Positions 44,984 to 54,170 of a stretch of DNA of 64,000 bases are shown in pieces (position 1 is the first letter of the stretch; each line of letters opens with the position of its first letter). This stretch comes from Rhodospirillales bacterium (GTDB taxonomy: Bacteria > Pseudomonadota > Alphaproteobacteria > MPNO01 > UBA2964). The notes under the pieces were generated by a model. That model was not told where the DNA came from. It saw nothing but the letters and a program-made list of their open reading frames with translations, and did not search any database. Location: contig JAYOLL010000001.1 of the NCBI GenBank assembly GCA_038120295.1, positions 205,140-269,139 of the forward strand, in the 5' to 3' direction. The translations under genes and the position numbers were made by a program.

Positions 44984-45682
44984 ATGGCTGCTGACGAACG
45001 CGGACATCAACACGACCATGGTCATGATCACGATCATGACCACGACCACGAACATCCGCACGATCATGACCGGACATTCCAGCCCGATATCGAAGACGAG
45101 CCGCCCGGTCGCTACGAACTGATGACCTATGCGATCCGCGAACTGCTGATCGAGAAGGGTAATCTGACCGGCGAAGAAATCCGCAAGGCCCAGGAAAAGA
45201 TCGATAGCTGGGAAGTATCCCAGGGCGCCCGGATCGTTGCTCGCGCCTGGACCGACCCGGATTACAGGAGCCGCTTGCTGGAGGATGGCAATTCCGCGAT
45301 GGCGGAGTTCGGCATCGAACCCGGCGGAGCCAAGATGACGGTGGTCGAAAACACCGACAAGGTTCAGAACGTCATCGTCTGTACGCTGTGCTCCTGCTAT
45401 CCGCGTGCAGTTCTCGGCCTGCCGCCGGACTGGTACCGTTCGAAAAGCTATCGCTCTCGCGTCGTCGTCGAGCCACGCGAGGTGCTGAAAGAGTTCGGCA
45501 CCGAGGTTCCCGATGACATGGCGGTCAGGGTTCACGACAGCCTGGCGGATCTGCGCTATCTGGTGCTGCCGCGACGGCCGGAAGGAACGGAAGGCTGGAG
45601 CGAGGAACAGCTCGCCTCCATCGTAACGCGCGATACCATGGTCGGCGTTGCCAACCCCGTTGCGGACGCCTCCAAGAGCTGA
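44984..45682 (+). CDS. Nitrile hydratase alpha subunit, Co-type, with an N-terminal poly-His/Asp extension
   Basis: 232 aa. Metal site VIVCTLCSCYPRAVLGLPPDWYRSKSYRSR (the Thr/Tyr variant of cobalt enzymes). Residues 8-29 read HQHDHGHDHDHDHDHEHPHDHD. GGAGA RBS upstream. Confidence 0.85.
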   Translation: MAADERGHQHDHGHDHDHDHDHEHPHDHDRTFQPDIEDEPPGRYELMTYAIRELLIEKGNLTGEEIRKAQEKIDSWEVSQGARIVARAWTDPDYRSRLLEDGNSAMAEFGIEPGGAKMTVVENTDKVQNVIVCTLCSCYPRAVLGLPPDWYRSKSYRSRVVVEPREVLKEFGTEVPDDMAVRVHDSLADLRYLVLPRRPEGTEGWSEEQLASIVTRDTMVGVANPVADASKS

Positions 45683-45694
45683 TCGGTTCCACCT

Positions 45695-48034
45695 ATGCCC
45701 GACGATCTGATCGGCGTCTCGCGTCGCCGGCTTGAAGATTACGACCTCCTGACCGGCAATGCGTCCTTCGTCGACGATCTGCGGCTCGACGGCATGCTGC
45801 AGGCAGCCTTTGTGCGCAGCGCCCATGCTCACGCGACTATAGGAACCGTCGATCTGTCGGCTGCGCGCGCCGCGCCAGGCGTTGTCGCCGCATACGCGAT
45901 CGACGATCTGGCTGACGTGCTGACACAGGACCGCATTCCCGAAGGGTTTCCCAAGCCGGGTCTGCGCAATGAGGTCGGTCCATACGTTCTGGCGCGTGAC
46001 GAGGTCTGTTATGTCGGCGAACCCATTGCAGTCGTCATCGCCGACACACGGTACCGGGCGGAGGACGCGGCGCAGCTTGTCGAAGTCGAGTACGACCCTC
46101 TGCCGGCAGTCGGAGACCCCCGCGACTCTGCGGCAGACGGCGCTTCGGTCGTCAACAGGCGTAGCGGCGAGAACACCGTCGGGCGCTACGCGCTGGAGAC
46201 CGGCGATGTCGATGCGGCCTTCAACACCGCCGCTCATGTCGTAAAGGCGAAGCTGCGCCAGCATCGCGGGTGTTCGCTGCCGATGGAATGCCGGGGCGTT
46301 GCGGTACGCTACGATCCACGCCGCCGCAAGCTTACGCTCTGGAGTTCCAACCAGGCGCCGCATTCGCACAAGAGCATCATCGTTTCCCTGTTCGGGCTTT
46401 CGGAAGGCGATGTGCGGGTCATCGTACCGTCGGTCGGCGGCGGGTTCGGGCCCAAGCTGCTGTTCTACCCTGAGGATGCCTCCGTGACCGCTGCGGCGAT
46501 CAAGCTCGGCCGTCCGGTAAAGTGGATCGAGGATCGGCGCGAACATCTGATGTGCACGACCCAGGAACGCGACCAGTTCTGGGACGTCGAAATGGCTGCT
46601 GATACGGAAGGTCGCGTGGTCGGATTGCGCGGCACGCTCTGGCATGACCAGGGCGCCTACACGGCTCGCGGCACCAACATTCCGTTTTCTTCAGCCACCA
46701 CCATTCTCGGTCCCTATATCATCCCGACCTACCGGATGAATGTGGTGATCGCGCATACCAACAAGGTTCCGGCAACATCGATGCGGGGCGCGGGCCATCC
46801 CCAGGGCTGTTTCACGATGGAGCGGCTGCTCGACCGGCTGGCCGTGGCGACCGGGATCGACCGGGCGGAAATCCGCGTGCGCAACATGATCCGGCCCGAG
46901 CAGATGCCTTACGAACATCCGCTTCGTACGCAGGCGGGACAGCGGATCATCTATGACAGCGGCGACTATGCGAAATGCCAGGCGGACCTGCTGGACGCGA
47001 TGGATTACGACGGGTTCGCGGCGCGTCAGCGGGCGGCGCGGACCGAGGGCCGTTATCTGGGCATTGGCATCGCCAACTATGTGAAGCCGACGGGGCGGGG
47101 TCCGTTCGAAACCGGGCTGGTGCGCATCGGCACCTCGGGCAAGGTGATGGTCTATAGCGGCGGCGTCGCGATGGGGCAGGGGTTCCATACCGCCATGGCC
47201 ACCATCGCGGCCGAACAGCTGGGCGTCAGTCCCGACGATGTCTCCGTTGTGGCGGGGGATACTGACGGGGTGCCGCGCGGCATAGGCGGGTTCGCCAGCC
47301 GGCTGACGGTCTGCGCCGGTTCGTCGGTTCACCTCGCGTCGGTAAAGCTGCGCGAAAAAGTCCTGGCGATCGCGGCCAACCTGCTGGAAGCCTCGGCCGA
47401 GGACCTGGAACTGATCGATGGCAAGGTGTTCATCAAGGGGGTGCCGGGGATCGAGGTGTCGTTCAGCCAGGTCGCGCAGGCGGTGGCGGGGATGCCGGGA
47501 GTCTCTCTGCCCGAGGGGATGTCCCCCGGACTTGAGGCAGACGCGAGTTTTCAGCCGGAGAACGTGGTCTACGCCAATGGCGCGCATGCGGCGGAGGTGG
47601 AAATCGACCCCGACACCGGGCGCATTCGCCTGCTGCGTTACGTGGTCGTGCATGACAGCGGCCGGCTCATAAACCCGATGATCGTCGACGGTCAGGTGCA
47701 GGGCGGCGTCGCCAACGGACTCGGCAATGCCTTGTTCGAGGAAATGATGTTCGACGACGACGCGATGCCGCTCTCGACCAACCTGGCCGAGTATCTGGCG
47801 CCCACCGCGCCGGAACTGCCGAATTTCGAGATCATCCATCAGGTCTCGCCGACCGACCGAAACCCCATCGGCGTCAAGGGCGTCGGCGAATGCGGCGTTA
47901 TGTCCGCCGCCCCGTCCGTCCTGTCGGCTATTGAGAACGCGCTGGACGAATTCGGCGTGACCCTGGACTCCCATCCGGTTACGCCCATGATGCTCGTCGA
48001 AAAGATCAATGAACACCGCAACAGGGAGAAGTAG
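45695..48034 (+). CDS. Xanthine dehydrogenase/aldehyde oxidase-family molybdopterin-binding large subunit (orphan, second copy)
   Basis: 779 aa. MPDDLIGVSRRRLEDYDLLTGNASFVDDL N-terminus, GGGFG, MoCo-domain motifs. 12 nt after the NHase alpha stop. Confidence 0.85.
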   Translation: MPDDLIGVSRRRLEDYDLLTGNASFVDDLRLDGMLQAAFVRSAHAHATIGTVDLSAARAAPGVVAAYAIDDLADVLTQDRIPEGFPKPGLRNEVGPYVLARDEVCYVGEPIAVVIADTRYRAEDAAQLVEVEYDPLPAVGDPRDSAADGASVVNRRSGENTVGRYALETGDVDAAFNTAAHVVKAKLRQHRGCSLPMECRGVAVRYDPRRRKLTLWSSNQAPHSHKSIIVSLFGLSEGDVRVIVPSVGGGFGPKLLFYPEDASVTAAAIKLGRPVKWIEDRREHLMCTTQERDQFWDVEMAADTEGRVVGLRGTLWHDQGAYTARGTNIPFSSATTILGPYIIPTYRMNVVIAHTNKVPATSMRGAGHPQGCFTMERLLDRLAVATGIDRAEIRVRNMIRPEQMPYEHPLRTQAGQRIIYDSGDYAKCQADLLDAMDYDGFAARQRAARTEGRYLGIGIANYVKPTGRGPFETGLVRIGTSGKVMVYSGGVAMGQGFHTAMATIAAEQLGVSPDDVSVVAGDTDGVPRGIGGFASRLTVCAGSSVHLASVKLREKVLAIAANLLEASAEDLELIDGKVFIKGVPGIEVSFSQVAQAVAGMPGVSLPEGMSPGLEADASFQPENVVYANGAHAAEVEIDPDTGRIRLLRYVVVHDSGRLINPMIVDGQVQGGVANGLGNALFEEMMFDDDAMPLSTNLAEYLAPTAPELPNFEIIHQVSPTDRNPIGVKGVGECGVMSAAPSVLSAIENALDEFGVTLDSHPVTPMMLVEKINEHRNREK

Positions 48035-48583
48035 ATGCCGCGGATCGACCCCATCGATATGGACAACCTGACAGAGGAACAGAAGGCCGTCGCCGCCAAG
48101 ATTGTTTCCGGGCCGCGCGGCGAAGTTCGCGGACCGTTCCGTGTGCTGATGCACAGCCCCGAACTGGCCGATGCGGTTCAGACCATGGGAGCCTATGTGC
48201 GGTTTAATGCGGAACTGCCCTGGAAGCTGCGCGAACTGGCGATTCTCGTAACAGCGCGTCACTGGAACTGCTCCTACGAGTGGTTTGCGCACGAAAAGGA
48301 GGCTCAGAAGGCCGAGCTGGACCAGGGCATTATTGATGCCATCCGAATTCGCGAGAAGCCGAACTTCACTGAGGAAGCGGAAGAGGAAATCTGGAATTTC
48401 TGCACCGAGTACTACGCCAACACCAAGGTTAGCGACGCGACCTTCCAGAAGATCATCGACCGGCACGGCAAACGGGGCGCGGTCGACCTCGCCGGGCTGC
48501 TCGGCCATTACAATGCCATTGCGGCGACGCTGAATATCTTCCAGGTGGAAGTGCCGGACGGATCGTCGCCTTTGCCCGATTAA
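48035..48583 (+). CDS. Carboxymuconolactone decarboxylase-family protein
   Basis: 182 aa. Its ATG abuts the stop of the Mo-hydroxylase gene. HWNCSYEWFAHE AhpD-like helix motif. Confidence 0.7.
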   Translation: MPRIDPIDMDNLTEEQKAVAAKIVSGPRGEVRGPFRVLMHSPELADAVQTMGAYVRFNAELPWKLRELAILVTARHWNCSYEWFAHEKEAQKAELDQGIIDAIRIREKPNFTEEAEEEIWNFCTEYYANTKVSDATFQKIIDRHGKRGAVDLAGLLGHYNAIAATLNIFQVEVPDGSSPLPD

Positions 48584-49488
48584 GTCGTCCGGTACTGACG
48601 GGCGACCAGCCAGACGCCGGCGACGACCATTGCGGTTCCATACAGGTGGAACGGCTGAAGCGTCTCGTTCAGGAAAAAGATGGCGAGCGCCGATCCGAAG
48701 ACCGGATGCAGGTTCATGAAGGATGATGTCCGGTTGGGACCGATCCGGACGATGCCCTGATTCCAGCAGGCCCAGGCGACGATCGTACTGAACAGGGCGA
48801 CATAGACGAGGCTTCCCGCCATCGTCGGCGTCAGGCTCATGACGGCGCCGGTGGCCAGTTCCGCGGCGTATGCCGGAACCAGCCAGATCGTTCCGCTGAT
48901 GCACAGCACGAAGAGCAGGGTCCAGGGCGACACCCTGATGCCCGCCCGCTTGAACAGGACCGTGTAAAGCGCCCAGCAGATCACGGCGAGAAACATGTAG
49001 AGATCCCCCAGCCGGATATCGAGCGCCCTGAGAACGGCGATGTCGCCCCGCGCGACGACGAATGCTATGCCGATGAACGAGAGCGCGATGCCGGTCGCCT
49101 GCCAGCGATTGATCAGCTCGCGCAGGATCAGCCAGGAAAAGAACACCGCAACCACCGGAACGCCGGCGTTTATAAGGGCGGCGTTGATCACGGTCGTGTG
49201 CTGGACGCAGAAATAGACCAGCGTATTGCCCACGACGAAAAGGAAGCTCAGCGCGGGGATTGAGCCCGGATTTTCTCTGATCTGAGGCCAGTCGCGCCGC
49301 AGCGCCGGGATGACGAAGGGCAGAACCATGGCGGCGGCCAGCGCGTGCCGCCAGAAAGACAGCGCCACCGGCGGCACGTCAAGATTGGCGAGCCGCGCCA
49401 CGATGAAATTCCCGGCCCAGCACAGAATCGCAAGCGAGCAGAGCGCATACGCGGTTGTCTGCGCCGCGCCGGAATTCTGGTCTGACAT
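48580..49488 (-). CDS. DMT superfamily (EamA-like) transporter
   Basis: 302 aa from ATG 49488. Two EamA repeats, 10 predicted TM helices. Confidence 0.75.
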   Translation of the reverse strand: MSDQNSGAAQTTAYALCSLAILCWAGNFIVARLANLDVPPVALSFWRHALAAAMVLPFVIPALRRDWPQIRENPGSIPALSFLFVVGNTLVYFCVQHTTVINAALINAGVPVVAVFFSWLILRELINRWQATGIALSFIGIAFVVARGDIAVLRALDIRLGDLYMFLAVICWALYTVLFKRAGIRVSPWTLLFVLCISGTIWLVPAYAAELATGAVMSLTPTMAGSLVYVALFSTIVAWACWNQGIVRIGPNRTSSFMNLHPVFGSALAIFFLNETLQPFHLYGTAMVVAGVWLVARQYRTT

Positions 49489-49523
49489 GCTAGGACATGA
49501 TCCGCTTACGCGGATGCGCACCG

Positions 49524-49585
49524 GCCCACTCCCCCACCCGGCCACCCACGAGAGTATCCTGATGGGTGGCCGGGTGGGGGAGTGG
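49524..49585. repeat. Palindromic intergenic repeat, copy 2 (23-bp perfect stem, 16-nt centre)
   Basis: CCCACTCCCCCACCCGGCCACCC-ACGAGAGTATCCTGAT-GGGTGGCCGGGTGGGGGAGTGGG. It contains the reverse complement of the 28-nt core shared with 27827-27896. Confidence 0.7.
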
Positions 49586-49612
49586 GCGGGCGCTGTCTAA
49601 CATGACTTCGCG

Positions 49613-50479
49613 CTAGAACGTCGCGCCGGACTCCAGCCAGGCGTCGACGATTTCCTCGCCGGTGGCGAACCACACATCGTCGTGGCCCTTGATGTAATCC
49701 AGCGCCGATTCGAGCGCCCAGATCCGGTGCGAGACGCCGATTACGAATGGGTGCAGGCAGATCGCCATCACTCGACCGGATTCAGCGCCCTCCATGTAAA
49801 GACGGTCGAACTGCCGCCGCATCATCAATTCGAACTCGTCGCTCGATTTGCCGGTGCGGAACTGCGGGAGATCGTTGATCTCGGTCGAGTAGGGGAGCGA
49901 CACCATTTTTCGGTCGCCCGCGTCGATAAAATAAGGCTGGTCGTCATTGACCCAGTCGCACACGTAATCGAGGCCCTCACCGGCCAGATAATCCAGCGTA
50001 TGCCAGGTCTCCTGCAAGCCGGACCCAAGCCAGCCGCGCGGCTTTCGGCCAGTTGTCTGCTCGATCCGGGCGAGTGTGTCGCGTACCAGCTTTTCGTCGC
50101 CTTCGGGCGGGGTTTCATGAAAAGGCCGCGAGTTGCTCTGGTTGTGACCGAGAAACTCCCAGCCGAGCGCCATCGCGTCTTCCATGATCTCCGGGTAGAC
50201 GTCGCAGACCTCGGAGTTGAGCGTGACCGACGCCCGTATGTCGCGCGACGACAGCGCGTCCATGATGCGGAATACCCCGATCCGCGCCCCATAATCGCGC
50301 TGTGACCAGGAGGAAACCTCCGGGACATGGCCGCGCGAGCCCGGCACCACCTCGTTCAGCGGGAAGAACTCGATATTAGGGATCACCCAGACGGCGACAC
50401 GCGCGCCGTTGGGCCATTTCAGGGTCGGTCGCCGGTTGATCGGCGTGTAGGGAAAAGGCCCGTAGCGGCGCGGCTCCAT
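49613..50479 (-). CDS. Polysaccharide deacetylase-family (PuuE/allantoinase-like) hydrolase
   Basis: 288 aa from ATG 50479 (MEPRRYGPFPYTPINRRPTLKWPNGARVAVWV). NodB-like His/Asp motifs (LGHNQ, CLHPFVIG). Confidence 0.7.
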   Translation of the reverse strand: MEPRRYGPFPYTPINRRPTLKWPNGARVAVWVIPNIEFFPLNEVVPGSRGHVPEVSSWSQRDYGARIGVFRIMDALSSRDIRASVTLNSEVCDVYPEIMEDAMALGWEFLGHNQSNSRPFHETPPEGDEKLVRDTLARIEQTTGRKPRGWLGSGLQETWHTLDYLAGEGLDYVCDWVNDDQPYFIDAGDRKMVSLPYSTEINDLPQFRTGKSSDEFELMMRRQFDRLYMEGAESGRVMAICLHPFVIGVSHRIWALESALDYIKGHDDVWFATGEEIVDAWLESGATF

Positions 50480-51186
50480 CAGACGACCTCTTTCAGCCCG
50501 GCGGAGCCGAGCAGCTTCTGGACCACCTCGCCTACATGCATGACGTCGGCGTATTTGTGGTGCATGTCGAACAGGTTCACCTTGTGCGACAGTTCGCTGC
50601 GGTCGAAACAGCATTCCTCGGCCAGAGTAACGTGAATGCCGTTGGAGTAGGCGTCGACGACGGATGCACGGACGCAGCCGGACGTGCTTTCCCCGCACAC
50701 AATCAGGCTCTGGACGCCCATTTGGTGAAGCTGGGCAATCAGCGGCGTACCGTAGAACGCGCTGGCGCGCTGCTTGTAAACAATTAGGTCTCCTTCCTGA
50801 GGCGCGAACTCTTCCTTGATCTGCCAGACATCGTCTGATTTCGGCTTGTTCTGGCGCGAGGTGGCGTAGGCCTTGCCGACATTGGCTTCGGTGCGGGCTT
50901 CCGTGGTCGAATAGATGACAGGAATGCCGACCGCCCGGGCCGCCTTGAACAGGCGTTCAGTCGGCTCGATGGCGTTCCAGGCGTTCTCGCCGCAGGAGCT
51001 GGGGAATTCGCCCATCAGGTCGTGTACCGGCTTTGAACCGCCCTGATAGGCAAGCTGATACAGGTCGATAGCCAGCAACGCCGGCTTTTCGCCGATATAG
51101 GTTTCACGCTCGTAGGCGCTGTAAATATCGAGGACCTTGGGGTCGACGATGTCCTGCCAGCAATGATCTTCGAATTTCGACACCAT
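50479..51186 (-). CDS. Isochorismatase-family cysteine hydrolase (amidase-like)
   Basis: 235 aa from ATG 51186 (MVSKFEDHCW). Catalytic Cys in LIVCGESTSGCVR. Its stop overlaps the next ATG by 1 nt. Confidence 0.75.
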   Translation of the reverse strand: MVSKFEDHCWQDIVDPKVLDIYSAYERETYIGEKPALLAIDLYQLAYQGGSKPVHDLMGEFPSSCGENAWNAIEPTERLFKAARAVGIPVIYSTTEARTEANVGKAYATSRQNKPKSDDVWQIKEEFAPQEGDLIVYKQRASAFYGTPLIAQLHQMGVQSLIVCGESTSGCVRASVVDAYSNGIHVTLAEECCFDRSELSHKVNLFDMHHKYADVMHVGEVVQKLLGSAGLKEVV

Positions 51187-51304
51187 GGAGAAAACCTTTC
51201 CTTGCCTGATTGAAACGTAGACACAGGATATTGCAGCGCGGTTCGCGCGGCAACGACGGGGCTGTGACCTAAAAGGGGAAATGGGCCTGAAAAGCCGCTG
51301 GCTC

Positions 51305-53995
51305 CTAGGTCGACTGGTCGGCGGGGCGTCCGCGCAGTTCGGCCACCACGCGGACGAATTCTCCCTCGAGTGCATCGAACAGCGCGTCGGCGTTATCGAT
51401 GACATGTTCGGCGCTCATCTGTTCGAGTTCTTCACAGAGCTTCGGAAGGCTCAGGGCGCCGAGGTTCGCGCTGGCGGATTTGAGCTTGTGTGCAGCGAAC
51501 TGGGCCGCCGCGACATCCCGGTTCTTCAGGGCGGTTTCGATCTCATTCACCGTGTCCGGCGCCGTCCGCAGATAAACGTCCGTAATCTTTCGCAGCAGTT
51601 CCGCCGAGAAGCCGGAAGGAGGAGCGCCTACAGCGGGACCGTCCGTCGGCTCACTATCTATCGGCCCATCGTCATCCTGCAATGCTGACGGGGCCGGGGA
51701 AGCGGTGCTGGAACATTTGTATATCTTTTCGAGCAGATCGACGGGATCGAACGGTTTGGAGGCGTAGTCGTTCATTCCTGCCGCGAGATACTCCTCCCGG
51801 TTCCCGGCCATGGCATTGGCGGTAAGCGCAATGATCGGCGTGTCGCAGCCCAGAGTGCGTATCGCCCTTGTCGCGGATATACCGTCCATTACGGGCATCT
51901 GTATATCCATCAGGATCACGTCATAAGCGGCGTTGCGAACCGCCGCTACCGCTTCCTGGCCGTTCTGCGCAACGACGACGGTGTGACCGGCTTCCTGGAG
52001 CAGCGCGATGGCGATTTCCTGGTTCACCACGTTGTCTTCGGCGAGCAGAATTATCCGGGTCGGGGACACATTACCCACATTCGTTGCACTTTCGCGGAAT
52101 CCAACCGCGCCAGGGTCCGCTACAATCCGCTTTGCGGGTTCGCAGAGGACCGTAAACCAGAAGGTCGAACCTTTGCCCGGTACGCTGTCCACGCCGATGT
52201 CGCCGCCCATCAAACGCGTCAACTCCTGGCATATCGCGAGTCCGAGACCGGTGCCGCCGAACTCCCGTGTCGTCGAGGTATCGGCCTGCGAAAATTTCTC
52301 GAAGATCGTTGCCGTCTTGTCGGGACCGATCCCGATCCCGGTATCGGTAACTTCGAACCGGACAAGGAGACTGCCGTCCGCCGTATCCATGTGCGAGACG
52401 GCAATGTTGATGCCGCCGCGCTCGGTGAACTTGATCGCATTGCCGACAAGGTTGAACAGCACATGTTTGATACGACCGAAATCGCCGCTCAACGTCTCCG
52501 GCGTACCGGGCGCGATGGTTACTCGGTAGTCGACGCCTTTCTCGTGCGCCCGCGATTTCATCAGCGCGCCGACTTCGTCGATCAGCCGGGAAAGCGGAAA
52601 ATCTACACGTTCGAGATCGAGTTTCCCGGCTTCGACCTTGGAGATATCGAGTATGTCGTTGATAAGGCTGAGAAGCGCCTCGCCGGACTGCCTGATGCGC
52701 GAGGCGTAATGTCGCTGTTTTTCGTTCAGCCCGGTTTTGAGAAGCAGGTGCGCCATGCCGAGAAGACCGTTCATCGGCGTCCGTATTTCATGACTCATCG
52801 TCGCCAGAAATTCGGATTTGGTCTGGCTGGCCTGTTCGCCCTTTCTGGTTTCAAATTTGAGGGCCCGCGTTCTCTCTTCAACGCGGTTCTCGAGGTCGGC
52901 GTTGAGCGCTGTCAGCTTGCGCTCGGACCACTGTATTTCCTGCATCTGCAGCGCGAGCATATCTTCTCTCGACTGCAGGGCGTCGGCCATATTGTTGAAC
53001 TCGCTCGCAAGATCTCCCAGACCGTCCCGGTCCGGTATCTCGATCCGCCCGGTCAGGTCGCCGGAACTGATCCGGCGCGCACCTTCCGCTACCAGCCGGT
53101 GCCTCTGCGATATTTTTCTCGGGAGGAAAAATGACAGGTAGAGGATGATTGCTCCCCCGGTCAGCCCCAGTAAGACGAATAATATCTGATCGTTGTTCGC
53201 GTTTTCGATCAGTCGGGACTGGTACGCGTTGAAGTTCTTTTCCAGCTTCGTTGAAAGAGACCGGATCTGGCGACGGGCGTCGATTTCTTCGCGAAATACC
53301 TCCTTGCGAATGTCGTCCAGGCTTGTACCGCTGAGTTCCTGCTGGATCGCATCGGCATAGGCAAACAGGCTCGCCCGATAGCGAAATAGCGGCGTCAGAC
53401 CGGCAACCGCGGTTTCTTGCAGACCGAGTTGCCGCATCAGGCCGTCGTGTTCGTGATCGTGGTGATTGTGGGATTTTTTGTCGCCAAGATGATCGCGGAA
53501 CCATGTCAGTAGCCCAATGCTTTTTTCGACCGGCGCGAGGACATCTGCTACAGAATGTCGGGGGCGCTCGAAGTACCGGCGAATTTCCTCTTCCACCTGA
53601 AGGAGCGTCTGACTTTTTTTCGAGGCCAGGTCAGAAAACGCGATCGACCTGGCGCCGCGGGCCACGAACCCGTTAAAAGCAGTGCGAAAAATCGCCAGTG
53701 ACGTGATGGTTTCTTTCTGCAGCTGGTTCGCCGTGTCCGACGAAGGGTCGACGGCTTCTTCCTGGAGATAGGCGCTAAAAGCTGAGATTATTCGATCCGA
53801 TTTCAGGGCGGGGCTGTTGCCGGACGGGAGTGGTTTCGGCTTTAGGGCAGATGCGCCGTTACCGGCGATCTGTAATTCGATGCGTCTCAGTTCAGAGAGC
53901 GAATCCTGGATGTTTCCCGGCGTCAGGTCCCGGTACGCATCCATCTGCCTGAATTCGACCGCCGACTTTGAAATCAGACTGTCTACGCGCGTCAA
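51305..53995 (-). CDS. Hybrid sensor histidine kinase (periplasmic domain-TM-HAMP-HisKA-HATPase-REC-HPt), as annotated from a TTG start; N-terminal TM helix apparently severed
   Basis: HisKA H-box ([13 protein letters not shown]), N/G1/G2 boxes. REC ([14 protein letters not shown]...[14 protein letters not shown]). C-terminal HPt ([12 protein letters not shown]). The upstream in-frame codon 54068-54070 is TAG. Confidence 0.8.
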   Translation of the reverse strand: MTRVDSLISKSAVEFRQMDAYRDLTPGNIQDSLSELRRIELQIAGNGASALKPKPLPSGNSPALKSDRIISAFSAYLQEEAVDPSSDTANQLQKETITSLAIFRTAFNGFVARGARSIAFSDLASKKSQTLLQVEEEIRRYFERPRHSVADVLAPVEKSIGLLTWFRDHLGDKKSHNHHDHEHDGLMRQLGLQETAVAGLTPLFRYRASLFAYADAIQQELSGTSLDDIRKEVFREEIDARRQIRSLSTKLEKNFNAYQSRLIENANNDQILFVLLGLTGGAIILYLSFFLPRKISQRHRLVAEGARRISSGDLTGRIEIPDRDGLGDLASEFNNMADALQSREDMLALQMQEIQWSERKLTALNADLENRVEERTRALKFETRKGEQASQTKSEFLATMSHEIRTPMNGLLGMAHLLLKTGLNEKQRHYASRIRQSGEALLSLINDILDISKVEAGKLDLERVDFPLSRLIDEVGALMKSRAHEKGVDYRVTIAPGTPETLSGDFGRIKHVLFNLVGNAIKFTERGGINIAVSHMDTADGSLLVRFEVTDTGIGIGPDKTATIFEKFSQADTSTTREFGGTGLGLAICQELTRLMGGDIGVDSVPGKGSTFWFTVLCEPAKRIVADPGAVGFRESATNVGNVSPTRIILLAEDNVVNQEIAIALLQEAGHTVVVAQNGQEAVAAVRNAAYDVILMDIQMPVMDGISATRAIRTLGCDTPIIALTANAMAGNREEYLAAGMNDYASKPFDPVDLLEKIYKCSSTASPAPSALQDDDGPIDSEPTDGPAVGAPPSGFSAELLRKITDVYLRTAPDTVNEIETALKNRDVAAAQFAAHKLKSASANLGALSLPKLCEELEQMSAEHVIDNADALFDALEGEFVRVVAELRGRPADQST

Positions 53996-54067
53996 TGCTT
54001 CGCGCGCGGGCGTGACGACGGTTACGTTCGTGACAAGGAGGTCGTTAAGGCCGCGCGCGTGAAATAT

Positions 54068-54142
54068 CTAGAATCCAATGACGAGAAGCAACAGCGCCGC
54101 GACGGTCGCGAAGCCGAGCCGGCAAAGGACTGTTACAGACAT
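54068..54142 (-). other. 24-codon ORF encoding a single TM helix (MSVTVLCRLGFATVAALLLLVIGF), in frame with and directly upstream of the sensor kinase; separated only by an amber stop
   Basis: ATG 54142 to TAG 54068-54070. The reading frame continues, without any further stop, into the kinase ORF. Confidence 0.4.
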
Positions 54143-54170
54143 CCGGCTGCTCTTTCCCGCGTCTTCTGAC

